Of a stretch of DNA of 64,000 nucleotides, positions 9,978 to 20,373 are shown one piece after another. Position numbers and translations under genes: made by a program. A model generated the notes under the pieces. That model was given only the letters and a program-made list of their open reading frames with translations, was not told the DNA's origin and ran no database searches. The stretch comes from Candidatus Marinacidobacterales bacterium (lineage in GTDB: Bacteria; Acidobacteriota; Vicinamibacteria; Marinacidobacterales; SMYC01): the NCBI GenBank assembly GCA_965237955.1, contig OZ250169.1, forward strand, positions 1,920,001-1,984,000, in the 5' to 3' direction. The stretch's first letter is position 1, and every line of letters starts with the position of its first letter.

Positions 9978-11264
9978 TCAGTCCAGTCCGACGGCGCGGA
10001 TGCGAGGCTGAAACGCCTCGACTTTGCCGCCGGATTCTGCTGCAGCTTGGGGGGCCGCTGCTCCCGCGCCCTCGGACGTGGGCCGGGATTTGTTGACACG
10101 AACAAAACCTTTTTCCGCGAGCTCTTTGAGCGCCGCCGCCATCTTGCGGGGCGAAAGGCCGACGAGATGAGTAAGCGTACCGAGGTCGCGCGCACCGTCG
10201 ATGTAAGCGAGCAGCTTCCACTGCATCGACGAGAGCTCGAAGGGCTCATCGTCTTTGGGCTCGTCGCGGAGCTCGGGGACAGCGTCGAAGAACGAGTCGC
10301 GCTCGAGCTTGTCCGCTTCGAACGCTACCACCCCGGCGGTGAGAAGACCGAAGATGACACGCCCGGTCTCGTGGGGATCGGTTCCGAGCGCTTCTGACAA
10401 CTGTCGAAGCGTTTTCTCGCCGTCCACGTGACTCAGCACCTTCCAATCTGCTTTGGTAAGACGGATGGGCTCGGTCGCGCCGCTCGCGGCTCGATGAGGT
10501 ACGACATCGAGGCTCGGGATCTTGGACGAAATCAGGTTCCATTCGTCCATCCGCCTCGTGGCCTCCATGAGGAGACTTTGACCGCTGGCCTCGATCGTTC
10601 GCTTGGGTGAGCTTTCACCGACTTTATAGCTGAACTGGCCCTTGTCCCAAAGTGCCAACTCGTAGAACGCGTCTTCGCCCTCGAGCTCGCCGTACTCGGC
10701 GTGGACCGCGTCGCCATCGACGAGGAAAACGTTGCCGATCTCGTCACCGTTCTTCAGCACGAGGGTACCGCTCTCGCCATAAGCCATCGCCAGCTGGAAC
10801 GCTTCGGGAACGCTTTTGTCCTCGAGCGAGCCGCTCAAAACCGCGCCGTCACCGTTGCCGTTCTCCGATGCGGTTGGGCGCTCGTAGCGCTGGCTGCGGC
10901 GGAGAATCATCTCGATGCGAGCCTGAATCTCTTCCGGGTCGACGGTCTTCACCACGTAATCGTCGGCGCCCTTGCGAATGCCTTTGACTTTGTCCGCTGT
11001 CGCTTCCAGGCCGGTGAACATAATGACCGGGATCGTTTCGGTGTCGGGGTCGCTCTTGAGCTGGTTACACGCCTCGAAGCCGTCCATGACCGGCATTTCC
11101 AGGTCGAGCAGGACGAGCGCCGGCCGCTGCTCTGCAACTTTCGCGAGCGCTTCCTTGCCGTTGGCGGCGAGCTCGACCTCATAGCCCCAGGACTCGAGGA
11201 AGTAGCGCATCATGACCCGATTATCGAGCTCGTCGTCGACCATCAGGATCAGCTGCTTAGACAT
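9978..11264 (-). CDS. response regulator, REC + DUF4388 (PATAN-like) + two wHTH-like modules
   Basis: VDDE...LDLEMPVMDG...GADDYVVK; LSGSL...G.V.HA.YG.L.GEDAF..L..W..G.F...LLMEATRRMDEW; two W.VL...DG repeats. Confidence 0.88.
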   Translation of the reverse strand: MSKQLILMVDDELDNRVMMRYFLESWGYEVELAANGKEALAKVAEQRPALVLLDLEMPVMDGFEACNQLKSDPDTETIPVIMFTGLEATADKVKGIRKGADDYVVKTVDPEEIQARIEMILRRSQRYERPTASENGNGDGAVLSGSLEDKSVPEAFQLAMAYGESGTLVLKNGDEIGNVFLVDGDAVHAEYGELEGEDAFYELALWDKGQFSYKVGESSPKRTIEASGQSLLMEATRRMDEWNLISSKIPSLDVVPHRAASGATEPIRLTKADWKVLSHVDGEKTLRQLSEALGTDPHETGRVIFGLLTAGVVAFEADKLERDSFFDAVPELRDEPKDDEPFELSSMQWKLLAYIDGARDLGTLTHLVGLSPRKMAAALKELAEKGFVRVNKSRPTSEGAGAAAPQAAAESGGKVEAFQPRIRAVGLD

Positions 11265-11294
11265 GCCTCGTCATCCTCAATTGGCCTAGTTGGC

Positions 11295-14207
11295 TCAATT
11301 CGTTAACACCGCTTGTGACTCCACGTGACGGGAAGTCGTCGTCGTGGTCGGCTCCATCCCTTCGAGATGGATCGGAATCGTGAACGTGAACGTCGAGCCT
11401 TCGCCGTGCTCGGACTCCACGCTGATGATGCCGCCGTGTATTTCGATGATTTGCTTCGCGAGCGATAGCCCGAGACCGGTGCCGATGATGTCTTTCCGGT
11501 CGTCGTTGCGCACGCGGTAGAACTTCTCGAACAGGCGGGATACCGATTCCTTCGGGATGCCGAGCCCGTTGTCCTGTACCGAAACCGCCATCTGTCCGTT
11601 GCGCTGGGCGACCGAGACCCGAGCCCAAGCACCCTTGGGCGAGTATTTGATCGCGTTCGAGATCAAGTTGATGAGCACTTGCTCGACCAGGTTGCGATCG
11701 CCGAACACTTCGGGAACGGTTGCCGGAGGCGGCTGGTATTGAAGCGCGATGTTCTTTTCGTCGGCGAGCGGTTTCAGGTCGGCGACAGCGTTCTGGATCA
11801 ACTTGTCGAGGTCCACCGCAGCTTTGGTGATAACCTGGCGTCCGGACTCGATGCGGGTGATATCGAGGAAATCGTTCACTAGGTTGACCAGACGATTCGA
11901 CTGGCGGTTGATGATCTCGAGAAACTCGCCAGCTTTGTCGTTGCCGATGCCGCCTTTGAGCAGAATCTGGGCGAAGCCGCGCACGGTGGCGAGCGGCGTT
12001 CGGATCTCGTGCGTGACCATCGACATGAGATCGGTCTTCATCTGGTCCATTTCCTTGAGCTCGGTGATGTCGGAGAGCACCGCCACGACGCCTTGCACCA
12101 GGCCGTCCTTGCTCCGAACCGGTCCAAGCGACAACGTGTAAAAGCGCGTCGTCGGCAGTGAGAGCTTGATGTCCGTGCTGAAGGTCTCGCCCCGCTTGAT
12201 GATCATCTGAAACTTCTCGTGCATCAGTTCATAGGGCACGTCTTCGAAGCGCTGGATGAACTCGACTGCACTTTGTCCTATTGCGCTTTCTGCGTAAAGG
12301 CCGAGAATTTCCTTGGCCTTCGGGTTCAACAGCTGGATGGTCCCGAGAACATCGGTGACGACGACACCGTCCGCGATGCTGTCCATAATGGACGCCATCA
12401 ACGACTTCTCGCTGATCACGGCATCGTTCAATGCGCTGAGCGTTTGGATCCGCCGCTCCTGGTTCTTGTAGGTGAACGTCGCCAGCGGGTTGGCCGATTT
12501 CGCCGTGAGGCGCGCGTAGAGCAGAGCGTTGTGCCAAATCTTGCCGAACTCAGCCGACACCGCTTGGAGGAGCTCTTGGTCCTCGATGCGGAATTCCTCA
12601 TCACGCGGCTTGAACAAGCACAAAGCGCCCACGGTCTCGCCCTTGGATACGAGTGGAACGACCTGTGAGTGATAGGCCGGGACCTGCGGTCTCGGCACGA
12701 TGGCCGCTAGAGGGTGGTTTTGAAGACTGTCGACTTGAATCGGTTCCAAACTGATGAGGAGGCTGGTCAGATCCCCGGTCAGCTTGATGGTTGTCTTTTG
12801 ATTCGGATTAATGCGGGTGAGGCCATACTGCGCCGTCGGGACCAAAATGCCCTTGTCGCGCTCGACTTTTAACAAAGCCGCGGCGGGAACGCCGAGGATG
12901 TCTCGAAGCGTCGCCTCGGCAGAGCGGAACGTTTCGATGATGACTTTCTCGCCCGCCCGCTCGTTGAGCGCGGCCGACTCGGAGAGGCTCACCACCTCCT
13001 GGTCGAGAGCCACGTTCACGTGCCGCATCTTGAGCATGAGCCCGAAGATGAAGGCGATGACGAGTGCGACGATGAGCGGCGATACTTCGATCCAGAAGCC
13101 GTAGCTTCCGAACAGAAACATCTGCGTGACGACGGCGCCGCCAGAGAGAACCACTAGGCACAGCGTTGCTAGTCGTGTATCAAAGTAGAGATAGATGGCG
13201 GCGACGGCCATGGCGGCGAGCGTGGTGACGAGAACGAGCAGCCACAGCGGTGCACGTTGAATGTGCCGTCCTTCGAGGATCCCGTGGATGACGTTCGCCT
13301 GGATCTCGACTCCCGTGGTCGGGCTCCGGTCCAGGGAAAACGGCGTCATGTGCAAGTCGAAGAGTCCGGCTGCATTGCCGCCGTAGAGCACGATCTTTCC
13401 GTCGAAGTAGTTTGCCGGTACGCGTGCCGCGATGACGTCGTTCGCCGAGATGTATTCGAACGTCTCCTGGGTGCCGACGAACGGGATGTTCATCTCGTAG
13501 TCGATGACGAAGACGTCGTCGAAAGCTTCCGCGGACGCGGGCGCCGAGGTGACGGGGATCTCGATGTCGCCGAGAGCGAGGACGCCGGGCCGTACTTCGC
13601 GAATCGAGTCGTCGTCGAGATCGAGATACAACTTCAAGATTTCGAGATTTATGCCCCAGTACGTTCGCTCGGGCGTCTTTTACGCGAGGTGCACTCTCCG
13701 CACGATGCCATCGTTGCTCTGCTCGATGTGTGCGTGACCCATCCCTGCCGCGGCTGCTTGCAGATCGGGAATGGGCTCGAACGCGACCAGCTTCGTTTGG
13801 CCGTCGGTGAGGATCCTCTCCATGATGACCGGGTAGACGACGTTTCCCGCCTCACGCGTCGCCTCGACGAGCTGGAAGTCATTGTCTGGCTCGCGCCGGT
13901 CCGGCTCGAAGAAGCCAATATCCACTCCGATGACTTTGGCGCCTTGCCGGTGGATCTCGCGCACCACTTCGGCGTGGAATGCCCTCGGCCACGGCCAACT
14001 TCCGAGTGTGGCCAACGACGGCTGGTCGATGGCGACGATGACGATATTCGGCGGCGCTTGCCCGCTCGCTGACGCACGAATGTTGCGGTCGTAGAGCTGG
14101 TACTCGAGCGCCTCGAACACCTGGAAGAAATACAGCGTGCATGCGATGAGCGAGGCGAGAGCTCCCGCCAACAAACCCCGCACCGCTAGAGCTTTGCTAT
14201 CTTGCAC
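11295..14207 (-). pseudogene. CHASE2-TM-GAF-PAS-HisKA-HATPase sensor kinase interrupted by one in-frame TAA at 13680-13682
   Basis: ORFs 13680..14237 and 11295..13637 share a frame: ...DGIVRRVHLA*KTPERTYWGINLEILKL...; CHASE2 IVIVAID/WPWPR/GVEIQAN; H-box HEIRTPL; N, G1, G2 boxes intact. Probable start GTG14207. Confidence 0.8.
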
Positions 14208-15183
14208 TGCCCAACCCTTGACTCGTCGTGACCTCACCCATGGCTTCCTCTCGCAGGCCCCTTCGCTCCGAAAGGAAATTGCTGCCGTCGAACTTCTTCA
14301 AATACTTCTTGAGCTCCGCCGCTCGCTCCGCGATCACGTGCGTGCTCTCGAAATCCTCTTTCGCGCCGCTGACGATGGCGAGAGTAATGCTCATGATCGG
14401 AAAGTCGTCGAGCTCGCCGGCACGGTTCTCGATCTGGATGCCCTTACGCTCGAGGTCTTTGTCGTCATAGAACTCGACGATGGTCTCGTCGAATTGCTTC
14501 GCGATGGCCTTGACGATGGTGTTGTCTCGCTCCGGGGTCGTCACCACGACGAAGTCGTCACCGCCGATATGCCCGACGAAGTCATCACTGTCGCTGAGCT
14601 CGCGCACTGTGGCCATGATGACTTGCGCCGTGTGGAAGATGACTTTGTCACCGGCCTCGTAGCCGTACTTGTCGTTGTAGGCCTTGAAATTGTCGAGGTC
14701 GCAGTAGCACACGGAAAAAACGTCGCCGGTGTCGAGTCTCTTCTTGATCTCGCGCTCGAGGGCGAGGTTGCCTGGCAAGCGGGTGAGTGGGTTCGCGCCC
14801 GATTGCTCTTGGGTTCGGCGAATGACCATTTCGATGCGCGCTTGGAGCTCGAGCGGATCGACCGTCTTGATGACGTAGTCGTCGTCGCCTTTACCCAGGC
14901 CATGGACTTTGTTCTGCACTTGATCTTGGCTCGTTAGCATGATGACGGGAATGAACGACGTCGCGAAGTCGCCTTTGATCTTCTCGCACGCTTCGAAGCC
15001 GTTCATCTCTTCCATGTTGACGTCCATCAAAATCAAATCCGGCTCGACCACCTGAGCCTGTTCGACGGCTTCTTTGCCGCTCGATGCTGTCGACACTTCG
15101 TATCCCCAGGACTCCAAGAGGAACTGGGTCAGCCGCAGGATGTCCGGCTCATCGTCCACGGCCAGAATTTTCTGCGACAACAC
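14197..15183 (-). CDS. REC-GGDEF response regulator/diguanylate cyclase (GGDDF variant)
   Basis: REC domain; NPLTRLPGN, DLDNFKAYNDKYG..AGD, GHIGGDDF; GTG start after an AGGAGG RBS. Confidence 0.9.
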   Translation of the reverse strand: MLSQKILAVDDEPDILRLTQFLLESWGYEVSTASSGKEAVEQAQVVEPDLILMDVNMEEMNGFEACEKIKGDFATSFIPVIMLTSQDQVQNKVHGLGKGDDDYVIKTVDPLELQARIEMVIRRTQEQSGANPLTRLPGNLALEREIKKRLDTGDVFSVCYCDLDNFKAYNDKYGYEAGDKVIFHTAQVIMATVRELSDSDDFVGHIGGDDFVVVTTPERDNTIVKAIAKQFDETIVEFYDDKDLERKGIQIENRAGELDDFPIMSITLAIVSGAKEDFESTHVIAERAAELKKYLKKFDGSNFLSERRGLREEAMGEVTTSQGLGSAR

Positions 15184-15227
15184 CTTCCTCCTTTACGGGC
15201 AACTGGAACCCAGACCGGGTAGTAAAC

Positions 15228-15244
15228 AGCAATATCCGTACCAG
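15228..15244 (-). promoter_or_regulatory. sigma54 promoter of the signalling operon
   Basis: Minus strand CTGGTAC-GGATA-TTGCT, 45 nt upstream of GTG15183. Confidence 0.65.
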
Positions 15245-15604
15245 CAAATCGACGCGATGGCACTATTCCATGCTCTTGGTGCGCCCAGGACCATCGCGCG
15301 CAAGTGTCGATGAGTGAGACGGTTAAGGCGGGGGATCGAGGCCCTATTGGGAACTCCCCATCAAAACCTCGGGGTGGTCACGAGGGCTTTTCCCTCCGGC
15401 GTGCTGGTAATCCCCTACAAGCTGGGACCTTGGGATCTACCCCCCACTCGATCTCACACATGGCCCCGCATCGCCGGATTTGGGATGAGTGCGGGTGAAA
15501 TCCTATGTCGTGCGGGCCGCTTTCGGGTGGAATTGACCGCACGCTCGTCGTCATCGCCAGTACGCAAACTAGCTGCTAGCAAGCGCTTACGGTGTGTTTT
15601 CGGT

Positions 15605-15621
15605 TTGGCACACCAGTTGCT
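15605..15621 (+). promoter_or_regulatory. sigma54 promoter of the small wHTH gene
   Basis: TTGGCAC-ACCAG-TTGCT, about 47 nt upstream of ATG15669. Confidence 0.7.
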
Positions 15622-15668
15622 ATATGAACTTCGAGTGTATTTGAAAGGATCAGCAAGGAGTAAGGTCA

Positions 15669-15911
15669 ATGAGTGTCGAGAGCGTAGCTGATATCGGAGA
15701 AGAATCTCAGCTTGCCTTGCAGATCCTCGATTACTTCCGAAGTCACCCCCAGGCAAAGGACTCGGTCGAGGGTATCGCCAGGTTCTGGGTCACTGCCGAT
15801 CCTCTCGAAGTGCGACGTGCACTCGACAAGCTCGTGGAGTTGAAGCTTGTCGAGAAGCGCAAGAACGCTTCGATGGATCTCTACAGCATGTGTGCCGAAG
15901 CATCAGCTTGA
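15669..15911 (+). CDS. small winged-helix-like protein
   Basis: AAGGAG RBS; ILDYFRSHPQAKDSVEGIARFW...VRRALDKLVELKLVEK...Y wHTH pattern. Confidence 0.75.
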   Translation: MSVESVADIGEESQLALQILDYFRSHPQAKDSVEGIARFWVTADPLEVRRALDKLVELKLVEKRKNASMDLYSMCAEASA

Positions 15912-15930
15912 ATCTAGAAAAGCCTGCCAG

Positions 15931-16701
15931 CTACCGTCGGTGAACGGTCGGAGTCCGCGCGCTTAGTGCCCCGTCGGCTTCGAGCGCCAACTGTCTTCGA
16001 CCCTTCCGCACCATCAAAAAAAGTGCGAGCGCTACCGAGAACAAGACGACGACGACGGCCGTCCCGAGGATGACGACGGTTGTCGCCAGCACCGAACGTC
16101 GCTCGAACCTCGCCTCGACGACGAGCTCGGTTGCATCGAAGTGCTCGGCGGCGGTGCGCTCCCAACCAATGATGTTGCCGCGCTCGATGTCGCTCCGTGA
16201 GTTGTAGTAGCGCACGGTACTCGGGAAGTGGAACCGGAGCGCGATGGTTGCGTCCGGGGAAACCCCTTCGGGGATGTCTCCCTCCGGTACGGGCAAGGTG
16301 AGATACAACTCGAGTTCGTCGTCGTCGGTGACGTCGAGACGGCACTCGCGGTCGGCGAAAGCGGGATGAGCGCACAGCTCGTTCCAGTCGGCGAACCGCC
16401 CTTGGACGTGGACGAAGATCCGTCCTTCCCGCTCGGTCTCGCGGACCGAGTCGAGCTCGAAGCCCGGACCCTCGAACCGAGAAGTCATCGACGACGCGCT
16501 CCCCCCGTCGGCCCCGTTGAGCCTGTTGAGAGCGTGGAACGCTTCCAATATCTCGGACGAGCCACTCACCCGGAGTCGACCCGAGCCGTCGACTTCGAGA
16601 AATACCTCCTCCTCGTACTCGTAGGAAGTGCACGCGGGGAGCGCGAGCGCCCAAGGGACCAGAAGTGTCAGAAGTATAGGTGCCGTCCCATGGTGTCCCA
16701 T
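15931..16701 (-). CDS. putative lipoprotein with a C-terminal TM anchor
   Basis: Hydrophobic leader ending LPAC; DGSG motif; C-terminal hydrophobic helix followed by RKGRR. Confidence 0.7.
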   Translation of the reverse strand: MGHHGTAPILLTLLVPWALALPACTSYEYEEEVFLEVDGSGRLRVSGSSEILEAFHALNRLNGADGGSASSMTSRFEGPGFELDSVRETEREGRIFVHVQGRFADWNELCAHPAFADRECRLDVTDDDELELYLTLPVPEGDIPEGVSPDATIALRFHFPSTVRYYNSRSDIERGNIIGWERTAAEHFDATELVVEARFERRSVLATTVVILGTAVVVVLFSVALALFLMVRKGRRQLALEADGALSARTPTVHRR

Positions 16702-16749
16702 GGTGTCGATTCTATAGCGCGGGCATCCGCTGCGATACAATGCCCCCTC

Positions 16750-19443
16750 ATGCCAACGGGCTCGAGCTCGTCCAGGGACTCGCGCGAGCTCCTTCTGCTC
16801 GTCGACGGGAATAACTTAGTCTACCGGTCGTTTTTCGCCATTCCCCCTCTCGCGAACCGCTCGGGCATCCCGACGAACGCGGTCCTCGGCTTTGCCAACG
16901 TGCTCCGAAAGCTCCTCGCCGATGAGACGCCGGCGCTGGCCGCAGTGACCTTCGACGCAGGCGGGAAGACGTTTCGTCATGAACGGTTCGAGGCGTACAA
17001 GGCGAACCGGCCGCCGACGCCGCCCGACCTGAGGCAACAAATCCCGCATACGCGAAGACTGTGCGAAGTGCTGGGTCTAACCATCGTCGAAATTTACGGT
17101 GTCGAAGCGGACGACATCATCGGGACGCTGGCGCGCCGCGGGCTCGAGGCGGGCTACCGCGTTGACATCGTCACCTCGGACAAAGATCTGTTCCAACTCG
17201 TGGGCGATGACATCACTGTCGTCCATCCCGTCCAATACGAGCGTCTCGATGCGGCGGGCGTCGAGAAAAAGCTCGGTGTTGCTCCCGAGCGGGTGGTGGA
17301 TTTCCTCGCGATGAAGGGCGATGCGGTGGACAACGTTCCCGGCGTGCCCGGGATCGGGGACAAGGGCGCAGCGAAGCTCATCAACGAGTGGGAAACGCTG
17401 GAAGAGATTCTCGCCCATGCGGACGAGGTCAAGAACAAGCGACAGCGAGAGGCGTTGAAAGAGCACCACGATACGGCGCTGCTCTCGAAAGAGCTGGTTA
17501 CCATCGACACCAGGCTGGATTTCGAGCTCGACCCCGAAGAGCTCCGCTACAAGGGTGCGGACCGCGATGCCGCGTTCGCGCTCTTCGAAGAGCTCGAGTT
17601 CACGACACACATCAAAGATTATTTGCCAGCAGGGGAGCCCGTCGACCTCACCGCGTCGTTTCGGGCGCTCGGCTCGAAGAGCGAGCTCTCGAGCTTCGTC
17701 GATGCCGCCAAAAAACGCGGGAAGGTCTCTGTTTGGCTCGATTTGACCGAAGTGAAGCGCTTCGCTCCCTGGAATCAGCGCCTTGTCGGCCTCGGTCTCG
17801 CCGTCGAGCCCGGCGAAGGCGTGTACGCGACACTCGACGAAGCTGATCTTCTGGCAAGTTTGAAGGACATTGTGAGCGATCGCGATGTTGTCAAAGTTGG
17901 GCATGATCTGAAACAAGCGGTGACCTTCTTCGGGGCGCGTGGCATCCAATTTCGCGGTCTTGGCTTCGATACGAGAATCGCGGCTTACGTCTTGAACCCT
18001 TCGCGTCGCTCGCAGGATCTAGGCGAGCTTCTGCTGGAGTTCCTGCAAACGCCGCTCACGAAAGCGGGGGACGGGCAGGATGGGCAAGATCAGGGCGTTT
18101 TGCCAGGGCTCGCCGAGCCCGGTGCCGAAGCCACGGGGCCGCTCAACGCCGAGCGCGCGGAGCGAATCCTACGGCTCGAAGAGAAAATGGAGCGGCGCAT
18201 CGAAGACGAAGAGCTGGGCGAGGTCTTTCGAGATATCGAGATGCCCCTCATCGAAGTCCTTGCGCGTATGGAGCTCGCGGGGATCGCCATCGATCGCGAC
18301 GAGTTCATCGCGATGGCAAAGACGATCGATAGAGACATCGACGCGCTCACGAAAGAGATTCACGAGCTCGCCGGCGTCGAGTTCAACATCAACTCGCCAC
18401 GGCAGCTCGGCGAGATCCTGTTCGACAAGATGAACCTTCCATCGTTCAAGAAGACGGAGAAGCAACGAGCCGCATCGACTCGGGTGGAGGTGCTCGAGGA
18501 GCTCGCTCGAAGTTTCCCGTTTCCGCGTAAGGTTCTCGACTACCGGAGCCTGGCGAAGCTCAAAGGGACTTACGTCGACGCGCTCCCGAATCTGGTGAGC
18601 CCGGAGACAGGCCGTATCCACACCACGTTCAATCAAACGGTCGCCGCGACCGGGAGACTCTCGTCAAGCGACCCCAACCTTCAGAACATTCCGATCCGTA
18701 CTGAGCTAGGGCGGCGGCTCCGGCGTGCGTTTGTGGCCGAGCCGGGGTCGCAGTTGCTCTCGGCGGATTATTCACAAATCGAGCTTCGGGTTTTGGCACA
18801 CCTCAGCAAGGACGAGAACCTCATCAAGGCGTTTCGGGACGACGAAGACATCCACGATCGGACCGCGCAGCACGTCTTTGGTGATGTGGTGGAGCTTGAC
18901 GATATCGAGCGGCGCGAACGGCGTCGCCGGGCGAAGATCATCAACTTCAGCATTATTTATGGCAAGACGGCCTACACGCTCGGGAAGGACTTCGCCATCC
19001 CGACCCGAGAGGCGCAGGCGTTCATCGATAGCTACTTCGAACGGTACCCGAAGGTGCGCGAGCTCCTCGACGAGATCATTCTTGACGCGCGCAAGACGGG
19101 GAAAGTACGAACGCTCTTCGGCCGGCAGCGCTACGTGCCCGAGATTGGCTCCCGCAATCGCAATACCCGGGCGGGCGCCGAGCGGGTGGCGGTGAATACC
19201 CCGATTCAGGGGACGGCTGCTGACCTTATCAAGAAAGCCATGCTCGATCTGTCGTGGGGGCTCGAGGAAGGGGGACTCCGCTCGCGCTTGCTGCTGCAAG
19301 TTCACGACGAGCTCGTGCTCGAAGTGCCCGAGGATGAATTGGATAGGGCGAGCGAGCTCGTACGCACGACCATGGAGGGCGTCTATCCGATGGATGTGCC
19401 CTTGAAGGTGGATTTGGCTGTTGGGAGATCGTGGGAACACTAA
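16750..19443 (+). CDS. polA: DNA polymerase I
   Basis: LLVDGNNLVYRSFFA 5' nuclease, EADD, GDAVDNVPGVPGIG, ADYSQIELR, AKIINFSIIYG, QVHDE; 3'-5' exonuclease motif looks degenerate; start ATG16750. Confidence 0.97.
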   Translation: MPTGSSSSRDSRELLLLVDGNNLVYRSFFAIPPLANRSGIPTNAVLGFANVLRKLLADETPALAAVTFDAGGKTFRHERFEAYKANRPPTPPDLRQQIPHTRRLCEVLGLTIVEIYGVEADDIIGTLARRGLEAGYRVDIVTSDKDLFQLVGDDITVVHPVQYERLDAAGVEKKLGVAPERVVDFLAMKGDAVDNVPGVPGIGDKGAAKLINEWETLEEILAHADEVKNKRQREALKEHHDTALLSKELVTIDTRLDFELDPEELRYKGADRDAAFALFEELEFTTHIKDYLPAGEPVDLTASFRALGSKSELSSFVDAAKKRGKVSVWLDLTEVKRFAPWNQRLVGLGLAVEPGEGVYATLDEADLLASLKDIVSDRDVVKVGHDLKQAVTFFGARGIQFRGLGFDTRIAAYVLNPSRRSQDLGELLLEFLQTPLTKAGDGQDGQDQGVLPGLAEPGAEATGPLNAERAERILRLEEKMERRIEDEELGEVFRDIEMPLIEVLARMELAGIAIDRDEFIAMAKTIDRDIDALTKEIHELAGVEFNINSPRQLGEILFDKMNLPSFKKTEKQRAASTRVEVLEELARSFPFPRKVLDYRSLAKLKGTYVDALPNLVSPETGRIHTTFNQTVAATGRLSSSDPNLQNIPIRTELGRRLRRAFVAEPGSQLLSADYSQIELRVLAHLSKDENLIKAFRDDEDIHDRTAQHVFGDVVELDDIERRERRRRAKIINFSIIYGKTAYTLGKDFAIPTREAQAFIDSYFERYPKVRELLDEIILDARKTGKVRTLFGRQRYVPEIGSRNRNTRAGAERVAVNTPIQGTAADLIKKAMLDLSWGLEEGGLRSRLLLQVHDELVLEVPEDELDRASELVRTTMEGVYPMDVPLKVDLAVGRSWEH

Positions 19444-19458
19444 AATCTAGTTGGGGCG

Positions 19459-19638
19459 GCCATCAGCCATCAGCCGTCATCTTCCTCTTGATCCGCCATC
19501 AGCCGTCCGCCATCTGCCATCAGCAGGTTTGAGCTGCACGCGTTTTGGCGGGACACGAGCAGCTCGGTGTGCCGCCGTCCGGGGTTAGGGCAGCTCCGTC
19601 CTGCTGATGGCTGATGGCCGATGGCCGATGGCGACGGC
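19459..19638. repeat. inverted pair of heptamer tandem arrays (GCCATCA)n...(GCTGATG)n
   Basis: Arms end in CCATCAGCAGG (19517-19527) and CCTGCTGATGG (19600-19610); lies between convergent polA and HAD genes. Confidence 0.8.
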
Positions 19639-19652
19639 CTTCGGGCGCGACG

Positions 19653-20291
19653 CTAGTCGAGCCTGAAGCTATCTACTAAATGTCCCGCGTGAGGCAGGAT
19701 CAAATCAGGTTCTGCTTCCTCTAAAACAGATCGTGATCCGTACTCGCTCTCGACGCCTACCGTGTACGCCCCTACTTTTTGGCCCATGACGATGTCCTCG
19801 GGGCGGTCGCCGACGTAGACCGTCGCTTGGGGCGCGACGTCGAGGTGCTCGAGTGCACGGGTCAGGGGCGCCGGGTGGGGCTTTTTCTCTTCCGTGTCTT
19901 CGAAGCAAACGACGGCGGCGAAGAACTCGCCGAGCTCGAAATCGTCCAGCTCGCGGCGAACTCGGTCGCGGTTGCCGGCCGTCACCAGCCCAAGCGTGAG
20001 CCCGGCATCGCGCAAGCGCTCGAGGAGTTGACCAACGAACGGGAAGGGCTTGGAGACTTGGTTCCGATAGGTCCGCCGCCACATCTGATCGGCGTTATCC
20101 CACTCTTCGCGCGGTACCCCGAGCTTCTCGTAGGACTCATACCAGTTGGGACTGTAGGTCTCGAGGAATCGTTCGCGGTCGATATCGATACCGTAGTGCT
20201 CGAGGACCGTGATCGAGGCACGGTAGCCCGCCGGAAACGAATCGAGCAACGTGCCGTCCCAATCGAACAGGATGGCAGTGGATTCTTTCAT
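19653..20291 (-). CDS. HAD-family hydrolase (phosphoglycolate phosphatase-like)
   Basis: LFDWDGTLLDS, KPHP, YVGD...D; start ATG20291. Confidence 0.9.
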   Translation of the reverse strand: MKESTAILFDWDGTLLDSFPAGYRASITVLEHYGIDIDRERFLETYSPNWYESYEKLGVPREEWDNADQMWRRTYRNQVSKPFPFVGQLLERLRDAGLTLGLVTAGNRDRVRRELDDFELGEFFAAVVCFEDTEEKKPHPAPLTRALEHLDVAPQATVYVGDRPEDIVMGQKVGAYTVGVESEYGSRSVLEEAEPDLILPHAGHLVDSFRLD

Positions 20292-20373
20292 GTGGCGTCT
20301 TAACAAGCTCTTCTCCCGATAGGGTACCACCACACAACTCTCCGTGACTCGAAGTCTCCCGTGCGCCGAACGC

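Noticed and set aside
13680-13682. Programmed frameshift or Sec recoding in the kinase
   Set aside because: Both halves are in the same frame and the codon is TAA, not TGA.
14197-15183. GGDEF as a Hypr-type cGAMP synthase
   Set aside because: The substrate-specifying position keeps Asp (YEAGD) where Hypr enzymes have Ser or Thr.
16228-16749. Long N-terminal extensions in the ORF track (polA, also folP to 44734, corC to 51116, mqnE to 55064, ubiX to 56179)
   Set aside because: They overlap other well-supported genes, and family homology begins at the downstream starts. They are not fusions.
19459-19638. Short repeat arrays as a CRISPR or guide-RNA array
   Set aside because: Units are 6-8 nt in tandem without regular unique spacers, and no cas-like gene is in the window.
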